From Octopus bimaculoides (taxonomy: Eukaryota), in the NCBI RefSeq assembly GCF_001194135.2, contig NC_069000.1, forward strand, positions 44,963,818 through 45,027,817: a DNA stretch of 64,000 nucleotides, given 5' to 3'. The notes under the pieces are model-generated. The model did no database searches. It saw only the letters and a program-made list of their open reading frames with translations, and was not told the origin of the DNA. The position numbers and the translations under genes are program-made. Of the stretch, positions 25,168 to 37,003 are shown piece by piece (positions within the stretch are counted from its first letter, which is position 1; each line of letters opens with the position of its first letter).

Positions 25168-25500
25168 GGTGCAAGAGTGGCTGAGTGGTAAGAAGCTTGC
25201 TTCCCAACCACATGGTTCCAGATTCAGTCTCACTGCGTGGCACCTTGAGCAAGTGACTTCTACTATAGGCTCAGGCCTTGTGAGTGGATTTGGTAGACAG
25301 AAACTGAAAGAAGCCTGTTGTATATATGTATGTGCGTGTGTGTTTGTCCCCCCAACATCGCTTGACAACCGATGCTGGTGTGTTCACGTCCCTGTAACTT
25401 AGTAGCTTGGCAAAAAAAACCGATAGAATAAGTACTAGGGTCGATTTGCTTGACTAAAGGTGGTGCTCCAGCATGGCCACAGTCAAAAATGACTGAAACA
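25168..25500 (+). mobile_element. SINE family B, near full-length copy
   Basis: tRNA-like head, internal (TG)n, 3' end ggtgctccagcatggccacagtcaaaatgactgaaac. Confidence 0.85.
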
Positions 25501-28500
25501 ATATATATATATATATCACTCACACATAGACACATACATGCAGTCAATAAAATACATATTTTTAAAGACACAAACACATGTATAAACACACAGAGAAGTT
25601 GGTGTTTAGTTTGTTTACACTATTTACAATGTAAACAGATTCCAGAGTAATGTTTATCTAATGAGGTGTAGAGGGTGAATGATGAACAACAAAAGACAAC
25701 CCTTCAGGGGCACCACCACTGCCTAAATCCTTCCCTAATAAACCAGATTCAATTACTTGCTGAAACCAGTTCACTTCACACCACAGATCTTAATACTATT
25801 ATGGAACGGCATGAATGTCATACATTCTTATTACTGTAGTCCTGTATTAGTTTGTGACCTCAAAGCTAATTAAGAATATATTTTATTTTTACCTTTTAGA
25901 GGTCAAAGGTCAGAGTGTACGACCCATTTTCAAGATCTTCTGACAAAGGCAGGAGCAAAGGAGTAAGATAGCTTCTAATTAGAGATCTGGCTTGTAGGTT
26001 TGCCATGGAATGAACTCTGCCAAAGTCATTGAAGAATTCAAGAATCAGTGGTGGTGGTGGTGTATTGGATTTAGTTTCTCACCAAAGAACTGGGGACAGA
26101 TTCTAAGACAGGCTTCCACAGTTTCTGTGTGCCATCTCTTTTTGTTTTTCACTTGTAGTTGCCATCTACCAAATCAACTTACGAACCTTTGGTTGGCTCC
26201 AAGGCAATAGTCACACAGTGGGACTGAACCTGGAACCATGTGGTTGCAAAATAAAGCTACTTACCACACAGCCATGCCTGCACCTTGCTCTAAGATACAT
26301 ACAAACATTAAAATTATTAAAAAATTCGTCTACAAAGCTCATATTATCTAGTTGGTACAAGGATCGTACACAGCTTTTGAAGCAATTGACTGAAGGGGTG
26401 GGGGTGGGGTTGGAGGTCTGCATCAGTTTACTTGAGTACCTGCAGGTGCTGTAAATGGTATGGCCATGTTTTAGCTAGTCACCATCGTAGTTTTAACATC
26501 TACTTCTCTACATTTGCATGGCTCAGAAGGAGTTCATTGGGTCAGATTTTCTACAGCTATAATGTTTTTCCTGTTGCCAACTTTTACCTATTTCCAAGTA
26601 AAAATATTTCCCAGTGGCCAGACATGTTTTCGTGGAAGACTGAAAACAAAGATCATTGCCTGGATGATGGTGACGCTCGTTTACAACTATCACATGATGT
26701 CAAAATCAGGAGACACTGACATCCACCCACCACACACATTCTTTTACTTGTTTCAGTCATTTTACTGTGGTCATGCTGGAGCACCACCTTAAAGGGTTTT
26801 AGTCAAAGAAATCAACCCTGGGACTTATTCTTTGTAAACCTAGTACATATTCTATCAGTCTCTCTCGCCAAACCGCTACGTTACAGGGACGTAAACACAC
26901 CAACATAGGTTGTCAAGGCAGCTCCATTTAATTGAACAATGCAATCATTACATCAATTTATTGGAAGAAAATACTGGTTACAAAGTGTCGCATAGTGGGA
27001 CTGAACCCTAATCCACAAGCAATATTCTTACCCCCCCCCCACACACACACCTGCACATATACCTTCTTGCACAATGTCGCAAAAGGAGCTCTGAGAAAAT
27101 GAGAACAATTTCTGTCGAAGCATTTATTTATTTATTTAAGATGACAGATCAAAATCTGTTTCATTTAATGATAAAAAGGGAATTATAAAAATAAAAAAAA
27201 ATTATTAAATCCTACACTGGAGGACAACACTCCTTCCACCACTCTTTCTCATATTATATAAACATGGCTCGGAGAAGCTTTCAGCTTTCTGTCACGAATT
27301 TGTTACTACTACTACTACCGCTTCAACAGCTATAAATTTAGAATTACAAACAGCATCCCTTAGTTCACACTAGTATAAAGAAGAGTTCTTCGTAGACTAT
27401 CAGCACCAATTACCATATCTGTAAATAACATTAAACCATACTATCATCGCCCGAAACCTATTTCTATGCTAAAAAGACGACCACTCGTCGATTTGAACAC
27501 TCGTCAACAGGCTTGAAAGTACTTCCTGCTCCTCGTTCCAATATATAAACCAACCGACTTAACCTGACCAATTTTCTCGTGACACTACGACTCCTGCTAC
27601 AAACTGCCTCATTCATTTCTTCTCTCTCTTTTCTGAATGCCAGTTGTTTATTCATTCAGACAGGAGGAAGGAGGCTCCTTCGTTTCTACTGAAGATGAAA
27701 AAATTCTCAAGCAGGCTATGAGATTTCTACAAGCCGTAAGATTCCATATAATCCTTTAAGGGGAGCTGCGGTGTGTAAGTTACAGCAGGATTATCTGGAA
27801 GCAATTACAGTAAAGAAATCATTTCGTAATAGATCAGGTTACTGAATACTTGAACATGCACATAATGTGTGTGAGCTCCAGGAAAGGCTCTTCTCATTTC
27901 ACAGAAGAAAGCTCCGACCAGATCAACACTCCCTTTGGCGTATCTGTGTCATCATATACGTAAATGGAATCGTTAATGGAACATGCAAAACTTCTAGAGA
28001 ATGATTTAAATTACGTTCACGCCAGGCAAGGAAGAGACCGAGCCCCTTGCGGACGCGACAGACGTCAAAGTATGTCTATCATTGACGACTTTTAGACAAT
28101 CCAAAAGGAAGCAATAAATTACATCAGCTGTCGACCAGAGTAAAGAACGTCAGAGATAGAAACGATAGGATTTCCGTTGATATTTCTACCCCTTCATCCG
28201 GCAACCTTAACTGTACCGTAGAAACTCTCCAATGCCCGACACTTTCTTAATCAACAAGCACTTGTTAAACTATCGTGTTTAAATTTGTAAATTCTATTTC
28301 TATTAAATTATAATCAACCTCCCAGTTAAGCCGTGCGCTTATGTGAGCGCATGTTTTACAACTCATACACAAATGGGAGAAAATTAAATGTACGCACACG
28401 AAGTTTTCAACATGAAATCGAATATTTTTTTTTTAATTAAGGATGGCTAATAACATCCATGCAAAGACAAAATTTACATTGATTAGCTGAAAAACCCCCC

Positions 28501-28969
28501 CCTCATTTATAATTAACCGAAGTGAAGTTGGCTAATTTTGTAATTGTTTAGCATCAAAATAAACGAATTATGCTTAATGTGTAAATATTAATAATGATAA
28601 AGTTGTGATAGGATGCATGTATCAAACCTATACGGGTCACACCAATTACAGTAGAAATATAGACGTAATTAGGGTTAATTAATTAACTGGACGGGTACGT
28701 GTTAGTTGAAGAGTGGCATTATCAGTTACGTCCCTTACATCGACTTCCGGTACCACCCTAACTACGGCTCGTGACGATGTATTTCTCACTATGAAATTGA
28801 TTAAAACCATTAATAAAGGCATCTTAACCACAACACGCACTATATATATATGTGTATGTGTGTGTGTAGTTGTTTAGTGTTAACTGTCGAAAAAAAACAC
28901 ATACCATGCTAGATCCTGTGCACAAACAGGCGAAACTCAGAGTAGCAAGAGACTGACTCAACTAAAATT

Positions 28970-29024
<55 letters not shown>

Positions 29025-31149
29025 CGAAGGTAAAGAATACGCACACCCGTTTTTAGCGTTTAGGGTTAAGGTTATGCCGAAAACGGGTGGTGTGTGTATT
29101 CTGTATCCTCCGCCAATATATATAAAATGTGTGTATGAATAGTTGATGTCATAAGAATAAATACGTTTTCGAGAGAATGTGAAATGACTTCTAACCCAAT
29201 ATTTGTGTGCTTCGAGATCCAGTTACAAAGGAAAAAGGACACACAAGTATGCGCGCTTGTATATACTGTTTCATCTCAGTTCAAACTTGACCGAACACAC
29301 CATGAACTAAGGAAGGCATATTACAGATACGATCATCCAGTCTCTAGTGATACGAAGGACTACATTACCTGATATGCCTTAATCTCATTTTTTAAAGGTA
29401 GCACAGGGTGGACTGAGGGAGGTTTAAGAGCTATTTTAAACAGGTCGAGCAACAACGTAGAGGCTTTCTCATTGTCTTCATCGGGAATCTGTTTGTATTT
29501 CAAGTATTATAATGTTTGAAAACATGGGAAGTAAATAATGTTATTCTTGTAGCCATTTACAATTAATTATACAGGGAAGAATTAGAAAGCCAAGTGTCAC
29601 TTCACAGCTGATAGAGAATAGAATAAGATGCTGAATATAGAGGGAAGAATTAGAAAGGGTTCGCCCGCAACGTAAAGGAGTAGAATCAGCTGTAAATTTG
29701 CAGCTTATATGGTACAATTTGGAAAGCATCATAGAATTCTAAATCGGCATTTTCCGGACGATTGAAGTCCCTCTTAGTGTAAGACAGGAACTTTAATCGT
29801 CCGAAAAGGCCGATCGAGAATGGGATCTGACGATACGCCATAAAGCTAAACCTTTTATGGACGGGAAACCTAAGGTAATCTCATAAACCGGCCTTCCCCA
29901 TTTTTAAGATATAATATATATGTGTGTGTGTGTAAATGAGTGTCACTGTCATACATGCAATGTCGTTCATTTCTTATCCTGAGAGAACATATATCAGGCT
30001 ATGGGGGGGGGGGGGGNNNNNNNNNNNNNNNNNNNNNNNNNNNNNNNNNNNGGGGGGGGGGTGAAATACTACTTTGGAAACAGGTGAGGGTTGGTAACAG
30101 GAAAGATATCCAACCGTAGATACCAAGACAGTCTACACAGCGAGACACGGTCTATGGTAATAGAACTAAAGGAAAGTAAGAACTTAAAACAAACAACGCG
30201 TTGATTCTACACAAATACATAGGCATGTGTGTATATCGTGTATGTATGAAAATTCACACACACACATAGGTGTCTAATATGTAATATTTACATACACACA
30301 TGCACGACTATATACATATATGTATATAACAGCCGTGCATGTGAATATATATATCCCAATTGTGGCGGCTACTAAAACGGAAAAGTTTGTTGTTTATGGT
30401 TAAATTCCACGCCTGTTAACTTCGTCACGCTCAACATGTCCCAGAATGGATAACTCGGCCAAAATACTCACGTGACGAGGTGTATGGGGCTGAAAAACCC
30501 TCGAATAAAAAGACAGGATGGTCGCAAATGGAATCCCTTCGATCATAAGTTGACTCGATAACCAGTTGAACTGGATCTGAACAACATGTTGGTTTAGTTC
30601 TTATTCATTTATTTGTCTTTTTTTGTTTTGCTAATATATCAAATTTCTGTCTGTAGTAGTTCGGCAGAGGAAACGAACGTCAATCGGAATAGACGGGACT
30701 AAGATTATTGAGGAGGAAAGCAAAATGATGGTTTGTCTTGTGATGTTGTTTATAATGAAGATGACAATCGGTGGGAGGGGGGAAATAATTGACAAGCAGA
30801 TACACAGACGATGGTTACAGACTAATAGGAATGACTATACATACACAAACATATATAAATACAAAATACACACACATATATATATATATACATACATTTA
30901 TGTGTGTACTATATAAATATAAATCTTTATTTGTGTATTAAAGTCACCATTGGTTTCATGTAGAGATAAATATCTCAATTTTTCAAACCGATCACATGGA
31001 GGAATGGTGTTCGTTTCCATTTCGTGAACTGTTAAGATATTAAGATATTTATCTTAACATGAAACCAATGGTAGCCTTGATACACAAATAAAAAATTTTT
31101 ACCCATCAATGCGGTGTTGAGCACTCATTCTCGTTGTTCGACATTTACG

Positions 31150-31191
<42 letters not shown>

Positions 31192-31199
31192 TACTTTGT

Positions 31200-31346
31200 T
31201 AAAAAGCAGCAAAAATATCACAAAAATCTATTACTCAGAGTTTCCCGTTTCTGTTCGTCGAACAGTTTTTCTAAACAAAACTGTCCGACGAACGGGAACG
31301 TGAAACTCTGAGTAACAGTTTTTGTAACATTTTTGCTGCTTTTTAA
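31200..31346. repeat. Imperfect palindrome (about 70-bp arms)
   Basis: aaaaagcagcaaaaat...ttactcagagtttc...ttcgtcg.acagtttt / aaaactgt.cgacgaa...gaaactctgagtaa...atttttgctgcttttt. Confidence 0.8.
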
Positions 31347-31428
31347 ATAAAGCATATTACTCTACCTCTGGTATTCGAGTACTATTTTTTCCACCTTATT
31401 TTGGATTTACGTGCTTACTCCGATATAC

Positions 31429-31479
<51 letters not shown>

Positions 31480-31936
31480 TACTTTGTTAAAAAGCAGCAA
31501 AAATATCACAAAAATCTATTACTCAGAGTTTCCCGTTTCTGTTCGTCGAACAGTNNNNNNNNNNATATGTATGTACGTATATATTCACATATATACACAC
31601 ATATAGACAAGCATATAAAATACTTATACACATATGCCCAATTGAACATACATAAGCACACATACATATACACACGTATGTAAGTACGTATGGTTCTTTG
31701 GGATTTCAGTTTTTTTTTTTTTGTATGTATGACTATAATAGTGGAAAACCTTCAAATTAATTAGAGCACCTGTCGTGGTGTGACAGGCTTTGAATTAAAA
31801 ACTATAAAGATGTTATAAGAATGAAAATGCCAATAGAAGAGACGATAATGTCCCAGCGACTAAGGCTGTTGTACGAACGGTGAACAGATTACGAAAAAAA
31901 GGTGTTGCTTCGGAATGGTAATTATTTCTTACTTAC

Positions 31937-32044
31937 CACACATCCTTTGCCAAGACAACTGAACAGCATGTCATTTTCCTGCGAACTTAATAACAAACAG
32001 CCGACGTTTGTCGCCTTTTTCGACACATTATTGTTTTGACTCAT
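31937..32044 (-). CDS. WASP: WASP/N-WASP homolog, coding exon 1 (start of WH1)
   Basis: ATG at 32044; translates MSQNNNVSKKATNVGCLLLSSQENDMLFSCLGKGCV, resembling N-WASP NVGSLLLTPQENESLFTFLGKKCV; 108 nt, donor GTG|GTAAGT, phase 0. Confidence 0.93.
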
Positions 32045-32330
32045 GTTAAAGCCGATCAATTTTGCTGTCAACACTTTACGTCATCATTTTTCTCAAGGAA
32101 ATATCTCCCCGGAGAAAATTTTTCATTTAACTAAAAGCAAATTAAAGGAACTCCACCATCGACGTGCCACTACAACGACGACTACTACACGACTTCCGGC
32201 TAATCACTAAACATCAATCAACGAGTGAAATGAACAAATATAAACCGAATCACCGCAACTGACAGATATTAATCCGCACGAGCAGTTGATATAAAATAAA
32301 AAGAACACACACACACACACTTGCAAATTA
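32045..32330 (-). promoter_or_regulatory. Putative WASP 5'UTR/promoter region
   Basis: CpG-rich unique sequence immediately 5' of the WASP ATG; ETS-like CCGGAAGT near 32192-32199 and CRE-like TGACGTAA at 32076-32083 on the minus strand. TSS not determinable. Confidence 0.45.
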
Positions 32331-32932
32331 GAGAAAAATAATCCATGGAAATTTTCCAATTTACGACTTATAATAAATATTATTTTATCATATAATAAAT
32401 TCTGTTAATTCCTAACATTTCTTAAAGGCAACTGAAAGAAAAATATTTCGATTTAACTTTTTACTTAATGTTTGCAATGTGGATTTCTATCTATACTTAA
32501 GTGTTGGCATTTGGTTTAAGTTCATGGACGTGGGCAATCCCGAATTAATTTAGTGTCTCTTGTTTTTAAAGATATTGCAATTTCTTAACAATGTGGTGAC
32601 TGTTTATTGAGTTTATCGATTATAATATTATATTTTAGCTGCGTAAAATCTTCAGTGTCATCTTTCATGCTTTAGTTTGTTGTTCCTAAGTCAAAGGGGC
32701 GTATTAAAAGAGAAAGAGAGAGAGTATGAAAACACTGGTGACAAGAAAGACGGACAGAAAGAAATGTCTGAATGGAGATGGTGCTATACCAATCGGTTCC
32801 AAGGAGTAGAGGCAACGGAGGTTGCAATAGGAAAGGGCAGAAAAGGAGACTACACCAGTAGGGGCCACGAAAGTTACAATAAAAACGGACAGGAAAGGAG
32901 ACTGCACCTGTATGGGATAAAGGGGTCGGAGT

Positions 32933-33092
32933 GCACAGTTATGCTCAGTCGGTAGAGCATGAAACTTTTAAGAGTTAACCCCTCAAAGATGATGTAAGGG
33001 TCACGGGTTCATGTTCCTCTGCGGGCGCATCTTTCGTTTGTTGTAGTGTACCTGAGCACTATACACAATAATTTCATTATTATTATTATTAG
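32933..33092 (+). pseudogene. tRNA-Lys(UUU)-derived pseudogene or SINE with an insertion 3' of the anticodon
   Basis: GCTCAGTCGGTAGAGCAT..ACTTTTAA [about 20 nt] ...GGGTC.CGGGTTCATGT...CGGGCG matches tRNA-Lys(UUU); acceptor and T stems mispaired; followed by a short tail and (ATT)n. Confidence 0.65.
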
Positions 33093-33344
33093 TCTGTCGG
33101 TGTAGGATATCTGAGGGAGTTTCTCTCCAGTGTGGGTGTCAGTTAATGGAGCTGTTCTTTTTCTTGTTTCATTCATGGGCTGCGGCCATGATGGAGCACT
33201 GCCGTGAAGGGTTAAGTCAGGAAAAAAAGTCTGCCCCAGGTCTAATGATTAAGTCTGATACTTATTTCTTATTTATTTTCTTCTTATGTAGAAGAACTGC
33301 CAGGGACTTAAACCCTCGCCAGTTTCTAAGCGAGAGGAACGAAC

Positions 33345-33403
<59 letters not shown>

Positions 33404-33546
33404 CAAAAGTATAAAAAGGCAATTGGTGCAACAGCTGAAGCCACTAGATTGCAATTTGGAGTCAGACTTTGAGACTTGACCCACCATATGTATGTGCATG
33501 TGCAAATAAATATATACACACATAAGTATTTATATATAAATAAATG

Positions 33547-33580
<34 letters not shown>

Positions 33581-33659
33581 GTGCACATAAATACATTAGA
33601 CACACACGCACATAACTATGTTATGTATGTATATAATGACCTCTGTAATTACCTCTGGG

Positions 33660-33900
33660 AGATGACTGCTCTCTGTTCAGGGTATGTAGTGTAAATGGGG
33701 GATGACAGCTACATAAGCAAATGCCAAGAGTTCAAAATGAATGGTACCTGTAGGAGAGGGAGGCCAGGAAGACTTGGGATGAGGTGGTGAAAAATGATCT
33801 CAAGATGTAACGGCTGACAATGTAGATGATTAAAGATTGTGTTGACTAATGATACATGGTGTTACACAAGATCTGACCTTCATTAGCTTAGCACATCCAC
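33660..33900 (+). mobile_element. Degenerate RTE LINE 3' ORF end
   Basis: Remnant KCQEFKMNGTCRRGRPG..WDEVVKNDL. Confidence 0.55.
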
Positions 33901-33996
33901 CCAGGTACACATCCTTATGCATCTCCACTCACCTGTTGTCGGTCTTGTACTCTTTCATTCCATGACCATCTATTCTAACCCCTGTGCCCTGTCATC

Positions 33997-34400
33997 CAGG
34001 GCCAGATTAAGACCCAGAGAGGCCCTAAGCACTTAAAAGATCTCAATGCTCCCGTATATATATATATAATTCAAAATATAAACAATAATGAACCATAAAA
34101 TAAATTTTATTTTTCAAAATGAAACAAAACAGAAAAATGGAAAATATTGTTTATTTTTGTATACTTCCATTTTATTTATATTTGAAAAGGTTTCTCCTAT
34201 TTTTTTTTCTAATTGCAATGTCTTCAATTAGATTCCCACTATGACACCACAAACACTTTGAAATTATATTTCCAATTATATAAAGCACATTCAATATTAT
34301 TTTAGCAAGTGTAAAGAGATTTCTTTTGTGCTGTAAACCATTTACCATTTCTGTGGTGCCTCTCTTCTCTTGACACCCTTTATAATGTAGTTTCTGCATA
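33997..34400 (-). mobile_element. Probable hAT transposon end
   Basis: Terminus CAGGGCCAGATTAAG...GGCCCTAAGC; adjacent minus ORF ends NLIEDIAIRKKNRRNLFKYK*, like hAT transposase C-termini. Confidence 0.4.
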
Positions 34401-36159
34401 TGTCACGTCAGTGTTGTGCACTTATAACAGTGTGATATACATTACCACAGAAGAGGGTAAAGTACCAACTGCCTCCACTTTATGTGTTCCAAAATACTCT
34501 GCCAACGACTGTAACCAATCATCTCTTACTCTCAGTCAAATACGCTGCTGCTATTTATGCAAGCTCAGTGAGTCCATTCTCACCAGCTTTATCTATCTCT
34601 TGTACTTGACACAATACCCAACCCCTGTGCCTATTCTGTAGCCTTTGGGTACACGTCCCCGCATATTCCCATCTACTTGTTATCCATTCCATACTCTGTC
34701 ATTCGACGATCATCTTTCCTGACCTCTGTTCCCATTCTATCCCCTCTTATATTCTCTGATCCCTATTACTGATTGGAAGGAAGGAAGGATTGGTTGCAGG
34801 ATATAGGCAGAGGTGTAGCTAGGTTCTAAAGTCAGGGGGAGCGAGCTCATTAAAAAAAAAAAAAGGCACTGGACACATACCGAACAGTTTCTGTCAAATA
34901 TTTTATTAATTACAATATACTTAATTGTATTCTGCATTCATTAATTCCATGTTTCAGCAACAATGTTATTATGTATGAAACTTGTAATTACTGATAGAGG
35001 TGTAATGTGGAAAAGATGAAACTCCAAAGGATTGTCCAGTGTCAAGAGGTCAAGTACCGGGCTTAAAAAAAAAAAGCCCTGGGTTGAGTCTTACAACTAA
35101 AATCCTTCAATGCAGTGCTCCAGCATGGCCACGGTTTAATGACTGAAACAAGTAAAAGATAAAAGATACACACACACATATATATATAGTATTACACACA
35201 TGCACTCATATATATTGTATTATACCTATATATAAGTATACATGTGTGCGTAGACATTGACATTATTTGTATGAATACATATATATATTTTAAATGAAAT
35301 AAATATACAAATGTATGTGTGTGTGTACATTCTTCTTCTCCAGATACATTCATGAATTCAACAAGCTGACACAATGTCCTTTTGAGTGGATGCAGTCGTG
35401 ATAACAGAGGAAGAACGAAAGCTTCACCTACTTCAAACAACTAGAATCATCCACGCACACACACACACACACATACAAAGAGAGAGAGAGAGAAGAGTGA
35501 GTGGGGAGTGTTGTCTTGTGGTTAAGAACTGTGGTCTGCCTCTTTTCCTCCCACCGCCACTTCGCCTCTGTTTTCAACTTGAACATGTTCCACTAACAGC
35601 TGCTAGCTATTGTCTGTCGTCTCCCTTTCAAATTGTTGCTATTTTCAAATGACGCCAAATTTGTGCCAAAAAATACGAAGACAAATAAGTAGATAAATGA
35701 ATAAATAAATAGTAATAATAATAATAATCTAGTCTAAACTAGAACGATTGTCTTGGATAAATAACAAAACAACATGCCATCTACCACATGTTGGTTTTGG
35801 TGGACGTGGACGAATGTAAGCTGAAAAAGTGGGTCTGGCTGTTTGATGTTTTAAACTACTTCAAGAAACATTTGATAATAAAGTTATAGTGGTTGTTGTT
35901 GTTAATCTGTTTCATTATTGTTCTGAGCGTTCTCTCTGGTTGGAATGGTAGGCGGGGCAATGGTGGTTAGGGTTAGGGTTATGGCGACAGAGGTGGACGG
36001 TGTTTCGGTGGATATGAATGAATTTATTCCAGGGCAAACGGTTTTCTTTTTCCGTCCAAGTGCTCAGTGTTGAGTGCTCCCTCATTTATTTATTCCTCAG
36101 TACCAGAGGGGAAAGGCAGCAGAACGAGGTGGTGAGAGAGTAAAGGGAGAGAGAGAGGG

Positions 36160-36256
36160 ATAGATAGAGAGATAAATAGACAGACAGACAGACAGATATA
36201 TATAGAGAGAGATAGATAGATAGATGGATAGATAGGTAAATAGATTGGATAATTGA

Positions 36257-36333
<77 letters not shown>

Positions 36334-36520
36334 GTCTATCTCTCTCTATATACATCTGTCTGTCTGTCTATTTATCTCTCAATCTACCTATCTATCTGTC
36401 TGTCTGTCTATTTGTCTCTCAATCTACCTATCTATCTGTCTGTCTGTCTGTCTATTTATCTCTCAATCTACCTATCTATCTGTCTGTCTGTCTGTCCGTC
36501 CATCTGTCTATCTATATATG
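36160..36520. repeat. Compound tetranucleotide microsatellite (GATA/CTAT/CTGT)
   Basis: Direct inspection. Confidence 0.95.
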
Positions 36521-36608
36521 GGAGAATTTACGAAAAAAACAACAGACGAAGACAGGTGGTGTAAACGACAAATGGATGTATTAGTTTAACGCTCGGGAAT
36601 AGAGAAAG

Positions 36609-36645
36609 TCTTTGACGTTTCGAGCTACGCTCTTCAACAGAAAGA
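36609..36645 (-). ncRNA. Minimal hammerhead-like motif with core variant (Penelope-like remnant); duplicate at 36853-36889
   Basis: TCTTT CTGTTGA A GAGC gta GCTC GAAA C GTC AAAGA: stem I 5 bp, stem II 4 bp, GUC site; A6 replaced by U. Confidence 0.5.
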
Positions 36646-36717
36646 AACAAGGAGAGAAACAAGGAGAAAAAAAATACAAATGTAGTGGTCAGCGATCTAT
36701 CATTATATATCTGTCTG

Positions 36718-36757
<40 letters not shown>

Positions 36758-36961
36758 CATTTTATCTAGTTTCAGCTCATGAGCTGTGGCCATGCTAGGG
36801 CACCNNNNNNNNNNAATGGATGTATTAGTTTAACGCTCGGGAATAGAGAAAGTCTTTGACGTTTCGAGCTACGCTCTTCAACAGAAAGAAACAAGGAGAG
36901 AAACAAGGAGAAAAAAAATACAAATGTAGTGGTCAGCGATCTATCATTATATATCTGTCTG

Positions 36962-37003
<42 letters not shown>

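Noticed and set aside
27464-27655. 63-aa ORF in WASP intron 1
   Set aside because: No recognisable domain or flanking splice signals; length expected by chance.
31150-31564. Duplicated (AT)n plus half-palindrome
   Set aside because: The second copy ends exactly at a 10-N gap; likely an assembly artefact.
32933-33028. Functional tRNA-Lys gene
   Set aside because: Acceptor, anticodon and T stems contain multiple mismatches.
35960-35985. Interstitial telomere
   Set aside because: Only about 2.5 TTAGGG units.
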